This document shows positions 1 through 6,923 of a DNA stretch of 27,838 nt, in pieces. The stretch is from a virus (taxonomy: Duplodnaviria; Caudoviricetes). A program made the translations under genes and the position numbers. The notes beneath the pieces were generated by a model. The model was not told where the DNA came from and made no database searches. It worked only from the letters and a program-made list of their open reading frames with translations. Each line of letters begins with the position of its first letter. Positions within the stretch are counted from its first letter, which is position 1. Where the stretch lies: IMG/VR virus record IMGVR_UViG_3300020044_001319, positions 1 to 27,838 of that record. One strand, written 5' to 3'.

Positions 1-303
1 GCGATACTACATGGTCGTCCAGTGGGGTGCTGTGGGGCAGTGACTCTGTGGCCTGGGGTGGAGGAACTCTGGATGATTACAGAGGAGAGAGGGCGAAAAT
101 TCGCCTTAACCATGACCAGGGCGGCACTGGTTTATCGTGATTTCAGAGTGAAAGCAGGAAACTTGCATAGATTGCAAATAGTCGTAAGATGCGACGACGA
201 ACGTGCTGTCAAGTGGGGCAAAGCCATAGGGTTCCACATCGAGGGTCGTATGGAAAAGTACGGTCCTGACAAGGCAGATTTCTTCATTATGGCTAGGAGT
301 TGA
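1..303 (+). CDS. GNAT-fold acetyltransferase-like phage protein (5'-truncated by the window edge)
   Basis: Frame is open from base 1 (AILHGRPVGCCGAVTLWPGVEELW...). The C-terminal 'LHRLQIVVRCDDERAVKWGKAIGFHIEGRMEKYG' matches the RimJ/RimL-type GNAT pattern (R..A.....GF..EG). Confidence 0.7.
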   Translation, partial: AILHGRPVGCCGAVTLWPGVEELWMITEERGRKFALTMTRAALVYRDFRVKAGNLHRLQIVVRCDDERAVKWGKAIGFHIEGRMEKYGPDKADFFIMARS

Positions 304-305
304 AC

Positions 306-563
306 ATGAGTGGATTTTTTGGTGGTGGTCTTGGTCAAGATGGCGCAGCGGCTCGTCAGATCGAACAACAGCGTGAGCAACTGGCAAAGCAAGAAGCTGA
401 ACTGAATGCTCAAAAGACGGAAGCCGCACAGAAGGCACAAGCCCGCATGATGGCTCGTCGCCGTGGTGGTCTGGCTCAGTTGCTGTCTACCGAGCGTGAA
501 GATGCCGCTACGGGTATCCAGACGACGACCAAGCTAGGCGCTGGTTCGATGACCGGGAGCTGA
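306..563 (+). CDS. Small Gly/Ala/Gln-rich putative virion protein upstream of the portal (T7 gp7.3-like position)
   Basis: ATG at 306 follows AGGAG (295-299). Gly-rich N-terminus, coiled coil, 'RRRGG...LLS' and a 'KLG' end; synteny with podovirus pre-portal genes. Confidence 0.55.
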   Translation: MSGFFGGGLGQDGAAARQIEQQREQLAKQEAELNAQKTEAAQKAQARMMARRRGGLAQLLSTEREDAATGIQTTTKLGAGSMTGS

Positions 564-564
564 A

Positions 565-732
565 ATGGAAGACAAGAAAAAGGCCAAGATGCAGGCGAAA
601 GTCGGCAAGGTCATGCGCGAGTGGAAGGCAGGAACCCTGCATTCTGGCAAAGGCGGTCCTGTCGTCAAGAGCCAGGCGCAAGCCACTGCTATCGCAATGA
701 GCGAAGGCCGCAAAGCTGCCGCCAAGAAGTAA
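565..732 (+). CDS. Small basic protein (DUF6496-like), 55 aa, absent from the ORF track
   Basis: Translates as MEDKKKAKMQAKVGKVMREWKAGTLHSGKGGPVVKSQAQATAIAMSEGRKAAAKK. GGGAG RBS upstream. 'KVMxExKxGxLHSG..G.VV.S..QA.AIA.SE' is the DUF6496 pattern. Fills the gap between two + strand genes. Confidence 0.75.
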   Translation: MEDKKKAKMQAKVGKVMREWKAGTLHSGKGGPVVKSQAQATAIAMSEGRKAAAKK

Positions 733-747
733 GGATGGAGGCCAAGC

Positions 748-1341
748 ATGGCAGTCATCCTGATTGATCGTGAGTCAGAAGATACATCAGCACAGTTTGT
801 TGCGCTGACTCATAAGAACAACGCCGGGAACAACGTGGTTTCCGGTGCAGACGCGCCTGTTATCGTCGTTGATGTGAACCATCAGCGTAACCATGATGGT
901 CGGGCATTCTTTGCTTTCTACATAAAACCTGTCAGTGCAAAGTTGGCAGCGGGAGACAGCATCGACATCGTAATGGCATCTCCTGCTGGCGTGTTTCCAC
1001 ACCTTACACCTTCACTATTTTGTCAAGGTGATGCTGAGTTTTATATCTATGAAGGCACAGCCACCAGTGGTGGAACCTCATTTACGCCAATCAACAGAAA
1101 CCGCAATTACGCTGTCAGCAATCCGAGCCAAGTTGCAATGGTCATCAACCCGACTGTGACTTCTATTGGAACAATGCTTGATGGACAGATCGTTCCAGGT
1201 GGTATTGGCAAAAAGGCTAGTGGTGGAACTGGCGCTGCTCTGGAATACGTCCTGAAGCCATTGACTAATTACCTGTTCCGCATGACCAACGTGAATGGCA
1301 CATCTCATGCCGCATTTATGACCTTGGAGTGGTACGAATAA
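748..1341 (+). CDS. Hypothetical phage protein, beta-rich, possibly structural
   Basis: GGAGG RBS; 197 aa; TAATG coupling to the next gene. No motif recognised. Confidence 0.6.
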   Translation: MAVILIDRESEDTSAQFVALTHKNNAGNNVVSGADAPVIVVDVNHQRNHDGRAFFAFYIKPVSAKLAAGDSIDIVMASPAGVFPHLTPSLFCQGDAEFYIYEGTATSGGTSFTPINRNRNYAVSNPSQVAMVINPTVTSIGTMLDGQIVPGGIGKKASGGTGAALEYVLKPLTNYLFRMTNVNGTSHAAFMTLEWYE

Positions 1342-1808
1342 TGGCTACAAAAAACCTCACCGCTGAACCTCAACGAGACTTTACCAAGGGCGAATGCCCA
1401 GAAGTTCTCAAGGACAAGAAACTCAGTATCCAGAATCACCATATCTGCATCGTCAAGGCAGACCTTGGACCGCCAAACCCAAAGATGCCAGAGGTTATCT
1501 TCTGGTTGATGAAGTCTGCCAAGTGGAACGTCAGCGAATATGCGGCTCGTGAGATGGTCTGCGGGAACTGCGGTCACTACTGGAAGACCAAGTTCATTGA
1601 CGACTGCATGAAGCAGTACGAACAGGTGACGCCGCCTGAAGTCGATCCGGAATGGGTGGACACAGGTGAGTCTGGTGGGTACTGCGACGAGTGGGACATC
1701 CCTTGTACGCACTCCCGCACCTGCAACACATGGGAACCTGGTGGCCCGATCACGGATGCCAAAGGCAAAAACACGCTCGAAGATGAAGACGATGAGGGAG
1801 AAGATTGA
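1341..1808 (+). CDS. Cys-rich putative metal-binding phage protein
   Basis: ATG at 1341 overlaps the upstream stop (TAATG). Contains CGNCGHYW...GYCDEWDIPCTHSRTCNTWEPGGP and an acidic tail. Confidence 0.65.
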   Translation: MATKNLTAEPQRDFTKGECPEVLKDKKLSIQNHHICIVKADLGPPNPKMPEVIFWLMKSAKWNVSEYAAREMVCGNCGHYWKTKFIDDCMKQYEQVTPPEVDPEWVDTGESGGYCDEWDIPCTHSRTCNTWEPGGPITDAKGKNTLEDEDDEGED

Positions 1809-3370
1809 TGGCTGATTTAACTGTTGACCAGTTGCTCAAGCGACAGAAAATCGCTCAGAACAAGAAGGAAGACTTCCGTTCTCTGTATGAGGATGCGATG
1901 GAGTTTGCCCTCCCGCAGCGTAACCTCTATGGTGGCGAGTACGAAGGTCGTGTCGGTGGCAAGAAGAAGATGAGCCGAGTCTTTGATTCGACTGCCATCA
2001 ACTCTACCCAACGATTTGCCAACCGTCTGCAATCTGGCATCTTCCCGCCCCAACGCAAATGGTGTCGTCTGGAGTCAGGCACTGACATCCCGCCCAACCG
2101 CAAGTCTGAACTGCAACGAGCCTTGGATTTGTACAACGACAAGATGTTCGCTGTACTGAAGCAGTCCAACTTTGACATTGCAATGGGTGAGTTCTTGCTG
2201 GACTTGTCTGTTGGCACTGCCGTGATGCTGGTTCAGTCTGGAGATGCAGTCAGTCCGATCAACTTTATCCCTGTCCCGCAGTACCTTGTAAGTTTCGAGG
2301 AAGGTGCAAACGGTCAGGTGGATAACGTCTACCGCAAGATGCGTCTGAAGGGTGAGGCTATCCAGTTGCAATGGCCTGATGCCAAGATTCCCAAAGAAGT
2401 CCAGGATCAGATTGCTGACAAGCCGACTGAGGAAGTTGACCTCATCGAGGCCACTGTGATGAACATCGACAGGGGTGACTACACCTACTACGTTGTTCAC
2501 GAGAAGACCAAGACGATGCTGGTCAAGAAGAAGATGAAGACTTCTCCTTGGGTGGTTTCCCGGTACATGAAGGTGGCTGGTGAAATCTATGGTCGTGGGC
2601 CTGTCCTGACCGCACTGCCTGACATCAAGACGCTGAACAAGACCAAGGAACTGCTGCTGAAGAATGCTTCACTGGCTATCACTGGCGTGTACACTGCGGC
2701 TGATGACGGTGTTTTGAACCCTGCAAACGTGAAGATTGTGCCTGGTGCGATCATTCCGGTGGCTCGTAACGGTGGTCCCCAGGGAGATGCTATTAAGCCT
2801 CTGCCTCGTGCGGGAGACTTCAACGTAACCCAGATCGTGATCAATGACCTGGTTCAGTCTATCAAGCGCACTTTGCTGGACGAGAGCCTGCCTCCTGACA
2901 ACATGAGCGCCAGATCAGCTACCGAGGTGGTCGAGCGCATGAAGGAACTGTCTCAGAACCTGGGTTCAGCCTTTGGTCGTCTGATCAATGAAACCATGAT
3001 TCCGATGGTCACCAAGATTCTGGAGATCATGGACGAACGTGGCCTGATTGACTTGCCTTTGCGGATCAATGGCCTGGACGTTAAGGTTAGCCCTGTCAGC
3101 CCCCTGGCAATGGCGCAGAACATGGATGAGGTGCAGAACATTATCCAGTTCATGCAGATTGCCCAGAGCCTTGGTCCAGAGGGTCAGATGGCTGTGAAGA
3201 TGGGTAGCGTTGCTGACTATATCGCTGACAAGCTGGGTGTGCCTGCAATGATCAGGACTAGCCCAGAGGAACGTGCCCAGATGATGCAACAGATGCAACA
3301 GATGGCAATGCAAGCACAACAGGCGCAGGCTCCAGCCGCAGGAGCGCCAGCATTAGAAGGAGCCATGTAA
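1808..3370 (+). CDS. Portal / head-tail connector protein (T7 gp8 / BPP-1 type)
   Basis: ~520 aa with 'FDSTAINS..RFANRLQSGIFPP...W', 'R......GEIYGRGP...ALPDIKTLN', 'SATEV.ER..E....LG..FGRL..E' and a Q/A-rich C-terminus. TGATG coupling at 1806-1810. Confidence 0.93.
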   Translation: MADLTVDQLLKRQKIAQNKKEDFRSLYEDAMEFALPQRNLYGGEYEGRVGGKKKMSRVFDSTAINSTQRFANRLQSGIFPPQRKWCRLESGTDIPPNRKSELQRALDLYNDKMFAVLKQSNFDIAMGEFLLDLSVGTAVMLVQSGDAVSPINFIPVPQYLVSFEEGANGQVDNVYRKMRLKGEAIQLQWPDAKIPKEVQDQIADKPTEEVDLIEATVMNIDRGDYTYYVVHEKTKTMLVKKKMKTSPWVVSRYMKVAGEIYGRGPVLTALPDIKTLNKTKELLLKNASLAITGVYTAADDGVLNPANVKIVPGAIIPVARNGGPQGDAIKPLPRAGDFNVTQIVINDLVQSIKRTLLDESLPPDNMSARSATEVVERMKELSQNLGSAFGRLINETMIPMVTKILEIMDERGLIDLPLRINGLDVKVSPVSPLAMAQNMDEVQNIIQFMQIAQSLGPEGQMAVKMGSVADYIADKLGVPAMIRTSPEERAQMMQQMQQMAMQAQQAQAPAAGAPALEGAM

Positions 3371-3625
3371 ATGGCAGGATGGGATGACTTGGAAGGCTCA
3401 GAGCAGTTTGAGCCTGATCAAAAGGGTGTTGACCTGAATCTGATGTTCGCAAGAACTTTCAGCACAGATGAGGGTAAAAAAGTTCTAGCATGGATGCGAG
3501 ACTTCTATTTGGAGCAGCCATGTTGGGAGCCTGGTGCGGATAAGTCACTGGGTCTGTTCCGAGAGGGACAAAACAGTGTGATCCGCGATATTGAAACACG
3601 AATGCGAAAGGCAAAACTTAAATGA
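3371..3625 (+). CDS. Bbp19-like small protein following the portal
   Basis: 'FARTFSTDEGKKVLAWMR...FREGQNSVIRDI' pattern and its position between portal and scaffold. Confidence 0.75.
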   Translation: MAGWDDLEGSEQFEPDQKGVDLNLMFARTFSTDEGKKVLAWMRDFYLEQPCWEPGADKSLGLFREGQNSVIRDIETRMRKAKLK

Positions 3626-4389
3626 GCGAAGCAAATGACAACCCTGGCCTGCTGGAAGCAGCCGCCGCTGAAGGCGATGCAGAAGGGCAGACAACCGAGG
3701 GCCATGAGCAAAGCATCAGTCATACCAATCCTGATCCTACTGCTGACGATGGTCCTCTAGAGCGTCCCGATTTCTGGCCTGAGAAGTTCTGGAATAAGGA
3801 CAAGGCAGAACCTGATCTGGAGGGGATCAGCAAGTCTTATGTGGAACTTGAAAAGAAGTTCCGAGCAGGAGGCCACAAAGCCCCTGAAGACGGCAAATAT
3901 GAGTTAGAAAGTCTTAATCTCAAAGCAGATGACCCGGTGGTCAGTGCTTATGTGGGTTGGGCACAGAAGTACGGCATTTCCCAGTCTGCTTTCGAGGAAC
4001 TGGCTCGTAGTGTCAACGAGATCGGTGGGCGCAACATGGAGTCTGCCCAGGTCAATATGCAAGCAGAACTGGAGGCTTTGGGGCCAAACGCCAAGGCTGT
4101 GATTGCTGACATGGCTACCTGGGGTCGTGGCATGGTGCAGAAGGGCATCTGGAGCCAGGAGGAGTTCCAGGAGTTCACCAAGTGGGGTGACACCGCCAGA
4201 GGCATTAAAGCCCTGTCTAAGCTGCGCCAGACCTATGAGGGCAGGGTTCCTGTGGAAACGCTCAAATCCAACGCTGAAGGTAGCGTATCCAAGGAAGAAC
4301 TGGACGCAATGGTGGGAAATCCTGAGTACAAGAGCAATCCTGCCTATCGTGCCAAGGTTGAAAAGCTATTCGAGAAGATGTACGGTTAA
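3622..4389 (+). CDS. Capsid assembly scaffolding protein
   Basis: Acidic N-terminus, 'RPDFWPEKFW...KSYVELEKK', helical body, C-terminal 'M..PEY..NPAYRAKVEKLFEKMYG'. Lies between portal and major capsid. Confidence 0.82.
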   Translation: MSEANDNPGLLEAAAAEGDAEGQTTEGHEQSISHTNPDPTADDGPLERPDFWPEKFWNKDKAEPDLEGISKSYVELEKKFRAGGHKAPEDGKYELESLNLKADDPVVSAYVGWAQKYGISQSAFEELARSVNEIGGRNMESAQVNMQAELEALGPNAKAVIADMATWGRGMVQKGIWSQEEFQEFTKWGDTARGIKALSKLRQTYEGRVPVETLKSNAEGSVSKEELDAMVGNPEYKSNPAYRAKVEKLFEKMYG

Positions 4390-4410
4390 CCCGCACTGCC
4401 ATGAGGGTTT

Positions 4411-4439
4411 GACCCCTGCTTGACAGGGGTCTTTTTTTT
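4411..4439 (+). terminator. Intrinsic terminator after the scaffold gene
   Basis: Stem GACCCCTG (4411-4418) / CAGGGGTC (4424-4431), 5-nt loop, followed by eight T. Confidence 0.8.
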
Positions 4440-4447
4440 GGCATAAT
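4420..4447 (+). promoter_or_regulatory. Sigma70-type promoter embedded in the terminator
   Basis: TTGACA (4420-4425), 16-nt spacer, CATAAT (4442-4447) preceded by TGG (extended -10). Confidence 0.6.
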
Positions 4448-4452
4448 GGGAA

Positions 4453-4560
4453 CCGTTGCCGTAGGAAGCGACAAATGGAAGCCGTTTACACATGCTCTCG
4501 CCCTTGGTTTTTACCGCAGGGTTCCTACCGAGGGCAGTTGTAAGCGGCTTTTTTGTTTTC
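4453..4560 (+). ncRNA. Putative c4/CI-like antisense regulatory RNA
   Basis: Small hairpin at 4455-4472, then a long stem (4479-4490/4539-4550, 12 bp; 4500-4508/4527-4535, 9 bp) ending in a U-tract. Loop segments are complementary to sites at 4461-4467, 4580-4586 and 4669-4678. Confidence 0.55.
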
Positions 4561-4566
4561 TACGAT

Positions 4567-4820
4567 GACTCGGAATCCATGCGGTACGTCGGTGGTGGAG
4601 TCTTAAATAACCCTGTTACACGAGCCAGCCAAAGCAGGGAAGGTGGGCTAAGAATAGAGCCTGGTGGTTGCGGTAGGAGCCTCGCTTATGCGCCTCTAGC
4701 CGTTTAAGTCTGTTCAGTGTGAAGCGATGGCATGGCTCCGTAGGGCAAGCATCGAGGCACAGAGCGAGCTGTATTCACTTACGGTTAGGCTGTGCTTTGC
4801 TCCAACATTCACCATAGGGC
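4567..4820 (+). ncRNA. Putative multi-stem structured RNA or leader
   Basis: Pairings seen by eye: 4567-4571/4598-4602, 4611-4615/4635-4639, 4662-4666/4810-4814, 4725-4729/4750-4754, 4754-4762/4790-4798, 4767-4773/4780-4786. No convincing ORF or RBS. Confidence 0.4.
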
Positions 4821-4824
4821 AATT

Positions 4825-5022
4825 ATGAGAATCTGTAAGTGTGGAGGTAGATTAAGCCAATCGGAGTTAACCACTGGCAGGGAACGGTGGGTTTGTCTGG
4901 ATTGTGGCAGGTATGAAATATTTGCAAAAAAAGACTTGACAAGTACACAAAATGCTTATAATCGGGCTATGGACAACCGAAAGGCCCATGATGGCTGTGT
5001 TCAGCCCAGGGGTGCGCTGTAA
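4825..5022 (+). CDS. Small zinc-ribbon-like protein
   Basis: MRICKCGGRL...RWVCLDCGRYE (CxC...CxxC). RBS is weak, and the C-terminal half overlaps the capsid promoter and leader. Confidence 0.45.
   Translation: MRICKCGGRLSQSELTTGRERWVCLDCGRYEIFAKKDLTSTQNAYNRAMDNRKAHDGCVQPRGAL
4936..4962 (+). promoter_or_regulatory. Candidate promoter for the major capsid operon
   Basis: Consensus TTGACA (4936-4941) and TATAAT (4957-4962) with an A-tract upstream. The spacer is only 15 nt. Confidence 0.55.
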
Positions 5023-5065
5023 GGCACAAGTCACGGCCCGGAGCGATCTGGACAACCAGCGGCGA
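4968..5065 (+). promoter_or_regulatory. Structured 5' leader of the capsid mRNA
   Basis: Four hairpins (4968-4990, 4993-5006, 5012-5027, 5035-5057). The first and last have GNRA loops and share a GG-ACAA-CC / GG-C-CC internal loop. Confidence 0.55.
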
Positions 5066-5101
5066 TAAAACTCTTTATTAACCGTTTTCAGGAGAAAACA
5101 A

Positions 5102-5944
5102 ATGGCGATTAGCATTTCTAACGCATTTGTAACCCTGTTCGACACGGAAGTGAAGCAAGCGTATCAAGCTGATGCCGTTTTGCGTAACACTGTCCGTCTT
5201 CGCACTGGCGTTACTGCGTCCACCCACAAGTTCCCCAAGATCGGCGCTGGCGTTGCCCAGGTTCGCGTTCCGCAAACCGATGTGACCCCGCTGAACGTCA
5301 CCTATTCGCAAGCAACCGTGACTCTCACGGACTACATTGCTGCTGAATACAGCGACATCTTCAACCAAGCCAAAGTCAACTTCGACGAGCGCCAAGAACT
5401 GGTGCAAGTGGTTGCCAAGGCTATTGGTCGTCGTAGCGATCAGATGATCATTGATGCTCTGGCTAACTCCAGCACTTCGCTGACCGTGGCTAACAGCGTT
5501 GGTGGTGCTACGACCAACATGAACATGGCTAAACTCCGTGACGCACAGCGTTTGATGAACGCTAACAACGTGCCGATGGAAGACCGCTACATTGTTATGC
5601 ACGCTTCGCAACTGTCGAACCTGCTGTCGGAAACGCAAGTGACCTCCAGCGACTTCAACAGCGTGAAGGCTCTGGTTCAGGGCGAGATCAACACGTTCAT
5701 GGGCTTTACGTTCAACGTGATTGGTGACCGTTCTGAAGGTGGCTTGACTGGTGGCGGCTCTGGTGTTGACCGTGTTGTCTACGCTTACCACAAGATGTCG
5801 GTTGGCATGGCTGAGTCTATGGCTATCCGTAGCGAGATCAACTATATCCCCGAGAAAACCTCGTGGTTGGTTGCCTCGATGTTCTCCGCTGGTGCTATCG
5901 CTATCGACGCTGGCGGTATTGTTGCCATTACCTGCCGCGAATAA
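5102..5944 (+). CDS. Major capsid protein (HK97 fold, podovirus type)
   Basis: Strong CAGGAG RBS and strongly biased codon usage. Motifs 'FV..F..EVKQAYQ....LR.TVR', 'AIGRRSDQMIIDAL', 'SSDFNSVKALVQGEINTFMGFTF', 'INYIPEKTSWLV.SMFSAGA.AID..GIV'. Confidence 0.92.
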   Translation: MAISISNAFVTLFDTEVKQAYQADAVLRNTVRLRTGVTASTHKFPKIGAGVAQVRVPQTDVTPLNVTYSQATVTLTDYIAAEYSDIFNQAKVNFDERQELVQVVAKAIGRRSDQMIIDALANSSTSLTVANSVGGATTNMNMAKLRDAQRLMNANNVPMEDRYIVMHASQLSNLLSETQVTSSDFNSVKALVQGEINTFMGFTFNVIGDRSEGGLTGGGSGVDRVVYAYHKMSVGMAESMAIRSEINYIPEKTSWLVASMFSAGAIAIDAGGIVAITCRE

Positions 5945-5956
5945 GGAGTACATATC

Positions 5957-6238
5957 ATGGCTTTTTCCGCAACTGGCTTTAACGCTGTTGGTGGTCAGTC
6001 CAAGTCGGGCAATGCTCCCGCCATTTGGACCTACTCCAGCACTGACGCTCAATCAGTGATTCGTGCCTCTGGCTATTTCAACAGCGTTGCTTCGCTGCTG
6101 AAAGTCGGCGACATCATCTTCTGTTACAGCGCAACTGGCGGCACGCCCGTCATGTCTACCGCCTATGTGAACAGCAACTCCGCTGGTGTTGTTGACATCA
6201 CTGACGGTGTGACTGTTACCGCTACCGATACTGACTAA
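5957..6238 (+). CDS. Probable capsid decoration / minor head protein
   Basis: AAGGAG RBS, capsid-like codon bias, 93 aa and beta-rich. Immediately follows the major capsid gene and precedes a terminator-like hairpin. Confidence 0.65.
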   Translation: MAFSATGFNAVGGQSKSGNAPAIWTYSSTDAQSVIRASGYFNSVASLLKVGDIIFCYSATGGTPVMSTAYVNSNSAGVVDITDGVTVTATDTD

Positions 6239-6256
6239 TCGGTAACCAAGTGGATC

Positions 6257-6293
6257 GGCCTGCTACTGGATTTCTGGTGGCAGGCCATTCTTA
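6257..6293 (+). terminator. Probably leaky terminator after the head genes
   Basis: GGCCTGCTAC (6257-6266) / GTGGCAGGCC (6277-6286) stem with a weak U-tract (ATTCTT). Positionally analogous to T7 Tphi. Confidence 0.5.
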
Positions 6294-6308
6294 CATCTGA
6301 GGTGACAC

Positions 6309-6923
6309 ATGGCTGCTGGCGATACAGATATTAGAGTTTGCTCTGATGCCTTGCTGATGATTGGTCAGAAGGCTATTTCTTCATTCAATGAAGGCACTGA
6401 CGCATCCAACATCTGTGACCGCATCTACCCTGGTGTTAAGAAATCAACTCTCCAGTCTTTCCCCTGGAGTTTCACTTTCAAAAAGGTGCAGTTGGCCCAG
6501 ACGACCAACACGCCTGTCAACGAATACAAGTACGAATATCAGCTACCTTCTGACCGTCTGGGCACGATCAGGAGAGCATTCAACAGTACCGCAGTTGGTG
6601 CAAGGACGTTCAGCCAGTGGACGATCCAAGGCGACAAGCTACTGACCAACGAGGAAACGGTGGTCATTGACTACCAGTATCTCCCGACAGAATCGGAGAT
6701 GCCTTCTTATTTCATCCAGTTGCTGAAGTACATGATGTGCTGGCATCTGGCAACCCCCATGACCGACCAAGATGCTAAGGCTCAGTATTGGCAGTCCATT
6801 GCTGTGGGTTCTCCTGGCGAGAACAACCGTGGTGGTTATTTCCGTACTGCAATGGTCATTGATGGTCAGGGCAACACAACGCAAGCGTTTGAAGACTTTA
6901 GCCTGGTTGCTGTGAGGTTCTGA
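6309..6923 (+). CDS. Tail tubular protein A / adaptor (T7 gp11-like)
   Basis: 'TDIRVCSDALLMIGQKAISSF', 'PWSFTFKKVQLA', 'YEYQLPSD' and its position after the capsid genes. Confidence 0.85.
   Translation: MAAGDTDIRVCSDALLMIGQKAISSFNEGTDASNICDRIYPGVKKSTLQSFPWSFTFKKVQLAQTTNTPVNEYKYEYQLPSDRLGTIRRAFNSTAVGARTFSQWTIQGDKLLTNEETVVIDYQYLPTESEMPSYFIQLLKYMMCWHLATPMTDQDAKAQYWQSIAVGSPGENNRGGYFRTAMVIDGQGNTTQAFEDFSLVAVRF

Noticed and set aside
534-758. 74-aa minus-strand ORF
   Set aside because: Shadow of the better-supported + strand ORF 565-732.
4453-4560. tRNA interpretation of the structured region
   Set aside because: No cloverleaf with canonical D and T arms (no TTCRA loop) and no CCA end.
4492-4707. 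71-aa plus-strand ORF in the scaffold-capsid gap
   Set aside because: No clear RBS; it starts inside a long RNA stem and crosses a U-tract. Better explained as structured RNA, although a leader-peptide role (like P1 icd) cannot be excluded.
5078-6052. 324-aa ORF antisense to the major capsid gene
   Set aside because: In-register shadow of a strongly codon-biased gene; no RBS or recognisable motif.
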